DNA of 64,000 bases from Elusimicrobiota bacterium (GTDB lineage: Bacteria > Elusimicrobiota > Elusimicrobia > UBA1565). The position numbers and the translations under genes were made by a program. Under the pieces are notes generated by a model. The model saw only the letters and a list, made by a program, of their open reading frames with translations. It searched no databases and was not told where the DNA came from. The stretch covers positions 32,001-96,000 of the forward strand of contig JBDRPD010000105.1 in NCBI GenBank assembly GCA_043827405.1, written 5' to 3'. Shown here piece after piece: positions 19,602 through 28,409 of this stretch (the stretch's first letter is position 1; each line of letters starts with the position of its first letter).

Positions 19602-20762
19602 ATGCTGCTAGAGAAGGCGCTCATCGGAAGCAAGAAGTACTACCTGTGGATGGCATTTTTGGCCGGCGTGATCGGCGTGGGAATGCTGTTCTACCTCAAG
19701 CAGTTCTGCTACGGCCTGGGAGTGACGGGTCTGAGCCGCGATGTCTCTTGGGGCTTCTATATCGCGCAGTTTACCTTTCTCGTCGGCGTGGCGGCGTCGG
19801 CGGTCATGGTGGTGCTGCCGTACTACCTGCACGACTATAAGGCATTCGGCAAGATCACGATCCTCGGCGAGTTTATCGCCGTCCCGGCCGTCATCATGTG
19901 CCAGCTGTTTATCTTCGTCGATATGGGCCAGCCGCTGCGCCTTATGAACGCGATGCTGTACCCCACCCCGGGATCGATGATCTTTTGGGACATTATCGCG
20001 CTGTCGGGCTACCTGGGGCTTAACTTGCTCATCGGTTTCGTGACGCTCAGCTGCGAGCGCAAAGACGTCCCCCCTCCGTCCTGGATCAAGCCGGTGATTA
20101 TTCTGTCGATCCCGTGGGCGGTCAGCATCCATACGGTGACGGCGTTCCTCTACTCCGGCCTCGCGGCCCGGCCGTTCTGGATGACCGCGGTGCTGGCGCC
20201 TCGCTTCCTGGCTTCCGCCTTCGCCGCCGGTCCGGCGCTGCTGATCCTGCTCTGCCTGGTGCTGCGTAAGATCTCGAAGTTCGACGCCGGTGAGCAGCCG
20301 ATCCAGAAACTGGGCGTCATCGTAACCTACGCTATGGTGGCGAACGTCTTCTTCGTGCTCATGGAGCTCTTCACCGCCTTCTACAGCGGTATCCCGGAGC
20401 ATATGGCGCACTTCGAGTTCCTGTTTGTCGGCTTGGCCGGCAACACCACCTTGGTCCCTTGGATGCGGACTTCCGCGGTGCTGGGGCTGCTGTCTTTGGG
20501 TCTGCTGCTGTGGCCGGGGATGCGCCGCAAAGAAGGCGTTCTCGCGGCCGCCTGCGTCATGGTCTTCGCCTCATTGTGGATCGACAAGGGGCTGGGCATG
20601 ATCATCGCCGGCTTTATTCCGTCTCCGCTGGGCACCATCCCGATGTACTGGCCGACCATGCCCGAGCTGATGGTCAGCCTCGGCATTTACGGGATCGGGG
20701 CGTTTATCCTCAGCGCTCTCTACAAGATGGTCCTGACCATGCGGGGGCAGGTCGCGGCGTAA
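19602..20762 (+). CDS. dsrP: DsrP (NrfD-family membrane protein)
   Basis: GLSRDVSWGFYIAQFTFLVGVAASA, WAVSIHTVTAF. Confidence 0.94.
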   Translation: MLLEKALIGSKKYYLWMAFLAGVIGVGMLFYLKQFCYGLGVTGLSRDVSWGFYIAQFTFLVGVAASAVMVVLPYYLHDYKAFGKITILGEFIAVPAVIMCQLFIFVDMGQPLRLMNAMLYPTPGSMIFWDIIALSGYLGLNLLIGFVTLSCERKDVPPPSWIKPVIILSIPWAVSIHTVTAFLYSGLAARPFWMTAVLAPRFLASAFAAGPALLILLCLVLRKISKFDAGEQPIQKLGVIVTYAMVANVFFVLMELFTAFYSGIPEHMAHFEFLFVGLAGNTTLVPWMRTSAVLGLLSLGLLLWPGMRRKEGVLAAACVMVFASLWIDKGLGMIIAGFIPSPLGTIPMYWPTMPELMVSLGIYGIGAFILSALYKMVLTMRGQVAA

Positions 20763-20811
20763 GGATCAAGGCATCGACTCGCGAACAAGCCCCTGGATCC
20801 GCTTGGGAATG

Positions 20812-21726
20812 TCAGACGCGATTATGGACCCTCGATAGTCGAAAACTCTTGCGGAGCATATTCGCGATCGGGTTGAGCCTTAGGCGATCCGCGAACGTAA
20901 CGAGATAGATGCTGTCATGTATTCCTGCTAAGCATCCATCGCCGACAACAGCCAGCGCATTTTTTGGCCTGCTGGCGGAAAATGTATTGAAGTCTAGCGG
21001 CGCGATCCCATATCCTGCAATTGCGAGACGACGCGCATCTTCAACGTTCTGAACTTCGGCCACGACGCGCGGTTTGATGCTGTGCTGCGAAAAATAAGCT
21101 TGCAGCAATCGGAAGACATCACCGGGCACTCTAGGCAGCAGCATCGGAGCGCCGTCAAGATCTTTCGGTAGTCGAGAGTATTGTCTGGCGATAGCCGGCT
21201 TGGCCGCTAAAAGAATGGGGATCATCCCAATACGAAGAACGTTGAACCGCGAATTAGGTCCTACTGAAAAACAGTCATCGCTCAGCACAATATCCAAACG
21301 AAACTCCCGCAAGTCGAGCAGCAGCTGTTCAAATGATGCCTCATGGCAGGTTATTTGGACCTCCGGATAGGCCTCGAGTATGCGGCACAGCATCGCATGG
21401 GTGAATGTCCTCGGAATGCCCGTCACGATGCCCACTTGAATAGAGAGACTGCTTTGCGACGGGCGGTCGCGTAGGTCGTCCGCCAGCTCCTGCCCAATCT
21501 GAAAGATCGCCTCGGCGTAACGAAGTACGACGCGGCCCTCCTCTGTTAGTGAAAACTTGCGAGCATCGCGGTCGAATAATCTCCGGCCCATCGCCTTCTC
21601 GAATACTCGCAGCTGCGTGCTTAGCGTGGGCTGGGCAAGAAGGAGCTCCCTGCTCGCTTTGGCGATGCTTCCTGCCTTGGCGATCGAATAGAATAAATAC
21701 AAATGATGGTAGTTGATCCTATGCAT
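20812..21726 (-). CDS. LysR-family regulator (NhaR-like)
   Basis: INYHHLYLFYSIAKAGSIAKAS...AQPTLSTQ HTH. Confidence 0.85.
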   Translation of the reverse strand: MHRINYHHLYLFYSIAKAGSIAKASRELLLAQPTLSTQLRVFEKAMGRRLFDRDARKFSLTEEGRVVLRYAEAIFQIGQELADDLRDRPSQSSLSIQVGIVTGIPRTFTHAMLCRILEAYPEVQITCHEASFEQLLLDLREFRLDIVLSDDCFSVGPNSRFNVLRIGMIPILLAAKPAIARQYSRLPKDLDGAPMLLPRVPGDVFRLLQAYFSQHSIKPRVVAEVQNVEDARRLAIAGYGIAPLDFNTFSASRPKNALAVVGDGCLAGIHDSIYLVTFADRLRLNPIANMLRKSFRLSRVHNRV

Positions 21727-21831
21727 AGAATTTTTAGAACTCAGCCTCCTCTATTATCTAATTTACAATATACAACACTTCGACTATACTAGCGACAATC
21801 GGCATCTGCGGCGATTGTGAGGCGGGGATTT

Positions 21832-22263
21832 ATGAACGAGAAAACGAGGGCGAGGAGCAACCCGGCGGCGACGGAAGGCTTGCGTTCGGATGCGGACGCG
21901 CTTATGACGATCGCGATCATGGCCGCGTCGGCGAAGGGCGGCATGGAAATGCGGAAGTTGACGCGGCTGCAGGCGCTGGCCAGGCACAGCCCGGAATTTA
22001 GACATCTGCAGGATGTCAGCACCTATGTCTGCATTATGGTGGGGAAGACCGCTCGGGATAATAAAACCGCGGCGTTGCAGCGTTCCGTGGCGACACTGTC
22101 TTCCAGTCTCAGGAAGAAAGCATATGCCTGGGCGCGCGCAATGACTTCTGATAGCGAGACGGAGTCGGAAGATGAGGGTGAATTCCTGAACGTTCTGCGG
22201 CGGAGACTTAAAATACCGCATCAGGAGGAAGTACACCGCCTCTCGGGAGAGATCCATGGGTGA
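21832..22263 (+). CDS. TerB-like protein (divergent copy)
   Basis: Shares ALMTIAIMAA and AYAWA...EGEFLNVLRRRLKI pattern with the next gene. Confidence 0.5.
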   Translation: MNEKTRARSNPAATEGLRSDADALMTIAIMAASAKGGMEMRKLTRLQALARHSPEFRHLQDVSTYVCIMVGKTARDNKTAALQRSVATLSSSLRKKAYAWARAMTSDSETESEDEGEFLNVLRRRLKIPHQEEVHRLSGEIHG

Positions 22264-22687
22264 GATGCTCGCGGGCACGGGTTCAAAACATAAATTGTCG
22301 GAGGCGGATGCGATTATGGCGATCGCAATCGGGGCGACTCTCTCGGATGGAGAATTGCAGGAACGCGAAATCGTGCGTCTGCGGATGCTGGCATATATTA
22401 ATCCCATGTATGACAAGATAGAGAACGTAGACGACTACATAGGCTCAATGCTGGAAGCGATTAAACGCGAGGGCTGGGGAGATGCGCTTGATTTTGCCGT
22501 TGCCGCGCTTTCCCCGCGGATGAAAGAAACGGCCTATGCGTGGGCAGCAGAGATCACTTTTTGCGATAGGAAGATGCATGAGGGCGAGCATCTGTACCTG
22601 CGTCAGCTTCGTAGACAGCTTGGTATCCACGGGACATTGGCGGGGAAGATTAAGGCGGTTACGGAAATTCGCAATCGAAGCGTCTAG
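22256..22687 (+). CDS. TerB-family (tellurite-resistance-like) protein
   Basis: AIAIGATLSDGELQERE...ETAYAWAAEITFCD...E.LYLRQLRRQLGI. Confidence 0.7.
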   Translation: MGEMLAGTGSKHKLSEADAIMAIAIGATLSDGELQEREIVRLRMLAYINPMYDKIENVDDYIGSMLEAIKREGWGDALDFAVAALSPRMKETAYAWAAEITFCDRKMHEGEHLYLRQLRRQLGIHGTLAGKIKAVTEIRNRSV

Positions 22688-22703
22688 CAGGGATAAGTTT
22701 CCC

Positions 22704-22955
22704 ATGAGCCGAAAACAACCGAAAACTGTAGGCGTCGGAACACGGGTTACTTTTAGGAACGTGGGGACGGAGGAGGTTTCGAGCTATGTTCTGACTTCGT
22801 CCCTGAAAGCCGATCCAGCCGCCGGCATTATTTCAATCGCGTGTCCGCTGGCCCGAGGCATAGAAGGGTGCCGGGTGGGAGATAAGCCGTCGGTGGAATT
22901 GACTGAGGGGTTTATTATCGTTGAAATTCTTGATGTCAAAGCCGCAAAAGAATAG
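22704..22955 (+). CDS. GreA/GreB C-terminal-domain protein (Rnk-like)
   Basis: VGVGTRVTF...ADPAAGIISIACPLARGIEGCRVGD...VEILDV. Confidence 0.7.
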   Translation: MSRKQPKTVGVGTRVTFRNVGTEEVSSYVLTSSLKADPAAGIISIACPLARGIEGCRVGDKPSVELTEGFIIVEILDVKAAKE

Positions 22956-23005
22956 TGATTCTCGGGGTCCATCATCGATGCGAATTTGTATTCTACATAT
23001 TGGCG

Positions 23006-23518
23006 ATGGTCGTCGCTGTCGTCGTGATTGTGAGTGCCTTGGGCTGCGCAAAGTCTGAAGCTCAGTCGGAGGAGGAGGTATCGATCGGTTCCCGATACGC
23101 GCGGACTAAAGATCATACGCGGAAAGTTAAGATGATCCAATTATTCCTGATGTATTCCGGTCTCGACCCCGGATACGTCGACGGGGTGATGGGCGCCGGC
23201 ACCCGGGAAGCGGTTAAAGAATTTCAGACTTCCCGAGGCCTGCCGTTGTCAGGATTTATCAGCAAGCGGACGTTGCGCGAACTGGAGAGGGCAATAGGGG
23301 ATGACTGCCCGACTTCCGTCTGGGATGTGCAATTCGCCTTACGGGAAGCGGGTTTTGATCCGGGAATAATCGACGGGGGCATCGGCGACAAAACGAGGAA
23401 GCGAATTGAAGAGTTTCAGATGGATAACGGGTTGAAAGTCACTCGCACGATCAATCCTGATACTTGGTCGGAGCTTAAGAAATATCTCAAAACCGCCAAG
23501 TCCGCTGTGCCGAAATAA
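23006..23518 (+). CDS. Lipoprotein with two peptidoglycan-binding domains
   Basis: Lipobox ALGC; two G.DPG..DG..G..TR..V/I.EFQ...GL repeats. Confidence 0.75.
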   Translation: MVVAVVVIVSALGCAKSEAQSEEEVSIGSRYARTKDHTRKVKMIQLFLMYSGLDPGYVDGVMGAGTREAVKEFQTSRGLPLSGFISKRTLRELERAIGDDCPTSVWDVQFALREAGFDPGIIDGGIGDKTRKRIEEFQMDNGLKVTRTINPDTWSELKKYLKTAKSAVPK

Positions 23519-23524
23519 ACGCAG

Positions 23525-24019
23525 TTGATGGGAGGGCGCATGCTGAATTTTCCGAAGCCGTGCCGCCGGGAGAATGTCGAAACCGGCAAGAATTATCACC
23601 GTGTTAGGCGGGACGGCTTTACGCTGATCGAATTAATGATTGTGGTCGCAATCATCGGAATTCTAGCGGCGGTCGCTATACCGAAGTTCGCAGATCTGGT
23701 CCGCAAGTCCAACGAAGGAGCGACAAAGGGCAACCTGGGCGCCGTTCGCAGCGCATTAAGTATCTATTACGGAGACCAGGAAGGACTATACCCGAACACT
23801 CCTGCAGCGTTGACCACCGGCGGCGACTATATAGATATGATCCCCGAGGCGAGAACGCCGAGCTATCATGCAGACTCGGGTACTATCAGCCAAAGTCAGA
23901 GCACCAATGATACCGGCGGCTGGGGATATAACAATACCGCAGGCGCTGCTAACTTCGGCTTCCTTTTTGTAAACTGCTCGCATACAGATTCAAAAGGAAG
24001 CATCTGGAGCTCCTATTAG
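23525..24019 (+). CDS. Type IV pilin / pseudopilin
   Basis: G|FTLIELMIVVAIIGILAAVAIPKF N-methylation motif; start uncertain. Confidence 0.85.
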   Translation: MMGGRMLNFPKPCRRENVETGKNYHRVRRDGFTLIELMIVVAIIGILAAVAIPKFADLVRKSNEGATKGNLGAVRSALSIYYGDQEGLYPNTPAALTTGGDYIDMIPEARTPSYHADSGTISQSQSTNDTGGWGYNNTAGAANFGFLFVNCSHTDSKGSIWSSY

Positions 24020-24104
24020 CCCGCCGCAAACCCCGCAAAAAGTTGCGGGAAATTACTTGGTCAAGGATGTGCGCAGCGCGTACTGATCCGGGGATCCCCT
24101 CTGC

Positions 24105-26132
24105 ATGATTGCCCTTGACTTCCTGCAAGATCTTACCTTGGTCCTGATCTCCGCAGCGGCCGTGCTGCTGCTTTTCCGCCGCTTAAAGCAGCCGCCGGTC
24201 CTGGGGTATCTGGCGGTGGGGCTCATCCTCGGTCCTCACACGCCGCCGGTCAATTTGGTCGCCGATCCGCACAGCTTGGAGGCGTTGGCCGAGATTGGGG
24301 TCGTCTTCCTTTTGTTTGCGCTGGGGGTGGAGTTCAACCTCAAACGCCTGGCCGCGGTGGGCGCGCGGGCTCTGGTATGCGCGGGGCTTGAGGTGCTGCT
24401 GCTTTCGGCCGCGGGCTACTATGTCGGAATCCTCATCGGAATGAAGCCGTTGGGGGCACTGCTCTTCGGCGGGGTGATCTCGCTGGCCAGCACGGCGATC
24501 ACGGCCCGCATGCTCTTGGAGCACGGTGGAAGCTCTACGGGTTGGGGAGAGCTGGCCTCCGGGGTCCTGATTGCGGAGGACATTATTGCGGTGGTAATGA
24601 TCGCGTTCTTCGCCTCCGTCGGAGAGTTCGGCAGCCCCTCGGTCGCAACCGTCTTTTCGATGGTGGCGCGCTTCGGAATGCTTGTTACGCTGATCCTGGT
24701 GGCCGGGCTCCTGGTTCTTCCCGGTGTCCTCGCGCATATCGAGAAGTCCGGGATCAAAGAGGTCTACACACTCGTCATCATCGGGACGTGCTTCGGGGTC
24801 TCTTTTCTGACCGAGAAGCTGGGGTTCTCATCGGCGCTCGGTGCGTTTTTAGCAGGAGCCATGATGTCCGAGACGGCAACGGCAACCAAGCTCCGCGAGA
24901 GTGTCGAGCCCTTCAAGACGGTATTCGGGGCGGTGTTCTTCGTCGCAGTGGGGATGATGATCAATCCCAGCTGGATCTTCTTGCACTGGCAGCTCGCGCT
25001 TGGGCTGACGACGTTTGTGGTGCTGGCCCGGCTCGTGGTCAATTTCGGCGCACTTTCCCTGGCGGGTGAGGAGCCGGGGGGCGCGGTGCAGGCGACGCTC
25101 GCAAGGCTTCCCATAGGCGAGTTCTCGTTCATCCTGGCGCAGCTCGGCGACCGGCAGGGTCTTGCGGAGTGGCCGTTATATCCGTTGGCCGTGCTGCTGT
25201 GCCTGGGAACGACGCTCTTTTCCGCCAGTCTGCTGCCGCCGGTGGCCGCGGCGCCGGCGCGCGTTGAGCGCCTGCTTCCCGATATGCTCAAGCGTTTCTT
25301 GGTGGAGTACCGCTCCGGCCTCAAGAGGCTGTCGGTTCCCCGGCGGGCACGGTTGGTAATGGACCTCATCCGCCCTTCCGTGATCCAGATATTCCTAAAT
25401 GTCCTCGGGCTGAGCGGCCTGTTTCTCATGGCGAACGCCTTCGATAAGAGGTTCGGCTTCGACGTTCGTTATCCTGGCGGGGTGTGGCTGGCCGCGGCCT
25501 TTGTAATGCTGCCCTTTTTATTGGCTCTCTGGCGCAAAACCCAGGCCGTCACCTTGATTTTGCTGGAGGCCTTCACGACCCGGGGAGCGGATCCGCGTCC
25601 GCCGGCGGAGACCCATCCCTTGATGACGCGATTCATGCTCAGCATGGCCACGGTGGTCGTCGCCTGGTGGTTTCTGAGCATGAGCCTCAGTATCCTGCCT
25701 CCCTGGCCGTACACGCTGTTCCCGGTAGTCCTGATGCTGGGGGGCGGGATGTTCCTTTGGCGTGAGATGAACCGACTCTACTCTAAGATTCAGGTGAGGC
25801 TGCGAGAGACCCTGGAAAAGGGACACGCGCTGCCCGAGGCCGGAGCGACCGTGCTGTCGCATCTTGTGGAGAATCCCTCCCTGTCGCGAGTTCGCATCGC
25901 CTCATTTGTGATCAGCAAGCACTCGGGGGCGGCGGGTAAATCCATTCGAGAGCTGAACCTCCACGCATTGACCGGCGCCAGCATTGTCCAGGTCAACCAC
26001 TGCGGAGAGGCTTTCCCCTCCCCCGGGCCGTCGGTCAGGCTGCACGAGGGCGATGAGGTCCTTCTTGTTGGGACTCCAGAGGAAATTTCTTCGGCCAGGG
26101 AGCTCCTATGCGGAGGCGACCGTGCAAGATAG
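24105..26132 (+). CDS. CPA2 cation:proton antiporter with C-terminal TrkA-C
   Basis: GYLAVGLILGP, LIAEDI, FFVAVGM, IGEFSFI; C-terminal GKSIRELNL...GD.VLLVG. Confidence 0.88.
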   Translation: MIALDFLQDLTLVLISAAAVLLLFRRLKQPPVLGYLAVGLILGPHTPPVNLVADPHSLEALAEIGVVFLLFALGVEFNLKRLAAVGARALVCAGLEVLLLSAAGYYVGILIGMKPLGALLFGGVISLASTAITARMLLEHGGSSTGWGELASGVLIAEDIIAVVMIAFFASVGEFGSPSVATVFSMVARFGMLVTLILVAGLLVLPGVLAHIEKSGIKEVYTLVIIGTCFGVSFLTEKLGFSSALGAFLAGAMMSETATATKLRESVEPFKTVFGAVFFVAVGMMINPSWIFLHWQLALGLTTFVVLARLVVNFGALSLAGEEPGGAVQATLARLPIGEFSFILAQLGDRQGLAEWPLYPLAVLLCLGTTLFSASLLPPVAAAPARVERLLPDMLKRFLVEYRSGLKRLSVPRRARLVMDLIRPSVIQIFLNVLGLSGLFLMANAFDKRFGFDVRYPGGVWLAAAFVMLPFLLALWRKTQAVTLILLEAFTTRGADPRPPAETHPLMTRFMLSMATVVVAWWFLSMSLSILPPWPYTLFPVVLMLGGGMFLWREMNRLYSKIQVRLRETLEKGHALPEAGATVLSHLVENPSLSRVRIASFVISKHSGAAGKSIRELNLHALTGASIVQVNHCGEAFPSPGPSVRLHEGDEVLLVGTPEEISSARELLCGGDRAR

Positions 26133-26304
26133 GAACGAGAAGAAGGGCATATTACTCGTCGGGGTCCTGGTTTTAGCCGTTATTTCATGTCTTTTGGGAC
26201 CGTCGCTTTTGGATTTGCCTGGCTCTCAAGTGCAGGAATCGATTGTGCTGATATTGTTCCCCTTTTTTCTATTCTATGCGTGGTGGACTCGGAGCAGGCC
26301 TTAA
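26122..26304 (+). CDS. Small 2-TM hypothetical protein
   Basis: GTG 26122 after GGAGG; two hydrophobic segments. Confidence 0.35.
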   Translation: MQDRNEKKGILLVGVLVLAVISCLLGPSLLDLPGSQVQESIVLILFPFFLFYAWWTRSRP

Positions 26305-26335
26305 CCTGTGATTAGGATTTTGCTTTACTACCGTT

Positions 26336-26746
26336 ATGTGCGAGACCAAGACGATCATATACGAGACCATGATCCGCGAGCAGTATCTGGACTCGCTCGG
26401 CCACGTCAACAACGCCGCCTACGCGACGCTGTTTGAGGAGGCGCGCTGGCAGCTGGTGACCGACGGCGGCTTCGGCCTCGACAACGTAAAACGGACGGGA
26501 TTATCGCCGGTCATTATCGAGATGAACCTGCGCTTCCGGCGCGAGGTGTGCAACCGAGAAAAGATCCGCATCGAGACGCGCTGTCTTTCCTATCTGGGGA
26601 AGATCTCGAAGCTCGAGCAGGTCATGTACAACGAGAAGGGCGAAGCGGCCTGCGTCGGCAAGTTTACCTTCGGGCTCTTCGACCTCAACTCGCGCCACCT
26701 CGTCGACCCGACGCCCGAGTGGCTCAAGGCGATCGGAGCGTCCTAG
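26336..26746 (+). CDS. Acyl-CoA thioesterase (4HBT/YbgC family)
   Basis: LDSLGHVNNAAYATLFEEAR. Confidence 0.88.
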   Translation: MCETKTIIYETMIREQYLDSLGHVNNAAYATLFEEARWQLVTDGGFGLDNVKRTGLSPVIIEMNLRFRREVCNREKIRIETRCLSYLGKISKLEQVMYNEKGEAACVGKFTFGLFDLNSRHLVDPTPEWLKAIGAS

Positions 26747-27726
26747 TGCGCTGGTTCGTCCTGCTTCTCTTGCTAAGCGCTTGTGCTCCCCGCACGCCGC
26801 AGCACGATCCGCTGGAAGACGCAAAGAAAGCCCTCACGATGCCGATCCACCGCCTGGAATCGTACGCTTTTGATCCCATGGTTCCCATGAGCGAGCGGAT
26901 AGGCAATTGCGCGGGCTTTCTGGTCGAGTACTATGCCAAGATGGACGGCCGCGACAATTACCGGGCTTACACCGCGACGCCGGCGGAAAAAAAGCTTCTG
27001 GCCGACCGCATCGCCGAGCTCCCGGCCGGCATGCGCGCCGCCCTTGAGAAAAAGCTGATCGGCATCTGCTTTATCGAGAACTTCCTGGGCAACGGGCTGA
27101 CCGACTGGGTCGCGGGGCCGAACCAGGACCTCTACGCGAACATGGTCTTTAATCCCGCCGGCTTTAATAAGACGCTGTCGCAGACGCTGACCGAGCGCGA
27201 CTTGTCGGTATTCAAAGATGCCGCCGCGGTAAAGATCGACGCCGGCGGCAAGTTCCCCGGGATCGTCTACACGTTGCTGCACGAGATCACTCATGCCTAC
27301 GACTACGTCGCGGGAATTACGCCCTATACCGAGCCGCAAATCCGCTATGCCCTGCACGGCGGAAAAGGCATCAAGGTGAAGTGGGACGTCTGGGACGCCT
27401 ACTACCGGCCTAAAAAGGGCGCGGATTATCCCCTCCGCGGCAAGCTGGTGTTCTACGGTCTCGGCGAGGGGCCGCAGCTGCGGGCGGCGCAGGCGCCCAA
27501 GCTGTACCGGCAGTTGGAGGGCTCTCCTTTCGCCTCGCTATACGGGTCACAATCCTGGGGCGAAGACGTCGCCGAGCTGCACGTTTTCTACCACATAACC
27601 GAAGTTTTGCGGCAGCCTTACGCCATCACGGTTTCCGACGGAAAGGGCGGCAGCTTTATCGTCGAGCCGATGAAGAATCGGCGCGTCCGCAAGCGCGCGC
27701 AGTGGCTGTTCACGCAGCTCAAGTAG
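26746..27726 (+). CDS. Lipoprotein with HExxH motif (putative zinc metallopeptidase)
   Basis: GTG start, MRWFVLLLLLSAC lipobox; LLHEITHAYD; YGSQSWGEDVAE. Confidence 0.6.
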   Translation: MRWFVLLLLLSACAPRTPQHDPLEDAKKALTMPIHRLESYAFDPMVPMSERIGNCAGFLVEYYAKMDGRDNYRAYTATPAEKKLLADRIAELPAGMRAALEKKLIGICFIENFLGNGLTDWVAGPNQDLYANMVFNPAGFNKTLSQTLTERDLSVFKDAAAVKIDAGGKFPGIVYTLLHEITHAYDYVAGITPYTEPQIRYALHGGKGIKVKWDVWDAYYRPKKGADYPLRGKLVFYGLGEGPQLRAAQAPKLYRQLEGSPFASLYGSQSWGEDVAELHVFYHITEVLRQPYAITVSDGKGGSFIVEPMKNRRVRKRAQWLFTQLK

Positions 27727-27766
27727 CCGCGCTTCCGGATTAGCTACAATTTACCTGGAGGACGCT

Positions 27767-28408
27767 ATGCCCAACACCTATTTGCCGATCGGACTATCCC
27801 TGAAGAACCGCCGCTGCCTGATCGTGGGCGGCGGCCATATCGCGCTGCGCAAGATCGAGGCGATGCTGGACTACGACTGCAGGATCACCGTCATCGCGCC
27901 CGAGACCGTCGAGAAGATCGATTACTTCGCGGAGGCCGGCCGCCTGACGCTGGCGAAGCGCGCCTACAGGTCCCCGGAGGCCAAAAAGTTCGGCATCGTC
28001 ATCGCGGCCTGCGACGACCGCAAGGTCAATAAAAAAATCGCCGCCGACTGCGAGAAGGCGGGCGTGCCGATCAACGTCGTCGACGACCCCGAGCTCTGCG
28101 GCTTCATCTTCCCCGCCATCGTCCAGCGCGACAACCTGACCGTCTCCGTATCGACCGACGGCAAGTCGCCCTTCCTGGCCGGGCACCTGCGGCTGATCCT
28201 CGAGGACATCTTTCCTGAGCGCTGGAAGAAGATCGCCGGAGCGGCCGCGCAGTTCCGGAGCATGGTTCGCCAGCGCTGGCCGAAGTCCCCCAAGGAGCAG
28301 ACGGCGTGCTACAAGCGCTTTGTCGAGGCCGATTGGAAGACGGTTCTGAAGGATAAAAAGGATGCCGGTGAGCTCGAGGACGTGCTCGTCGACCTGCTGA
28401 GCGAATAG
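27767..28408 (+). CDS. Precorrin-2 dehydrogenase / sirohydrochlorin ferrochelatase (SirC/CysG N-terminal-like)
   Basis: IVGGGHIALRK, INVVDDPELCGFIFPA, VSTDGKSP. Confidence 0.9.
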   Translation: MPNTYLPIGLSLKNRRCLIVGGGHIALRKIEAMLDYDCRITVIAPETVEKIDYFAEAGRLTLAKRAYRSPEAKKFGIVIAACDDRKVNKKIAADCEKAGVPINVVDDPELCGFIFPAIVQRDNLTVSVSTDGKSPFLAGHLRLILEDIFPERWKKIAGAAAQFRSMVRQRWPKSPKEQTACYKRFVEADWKTVLKDKKDAGELEDVLVDLLSE

Positions 28409-28409
28409 C

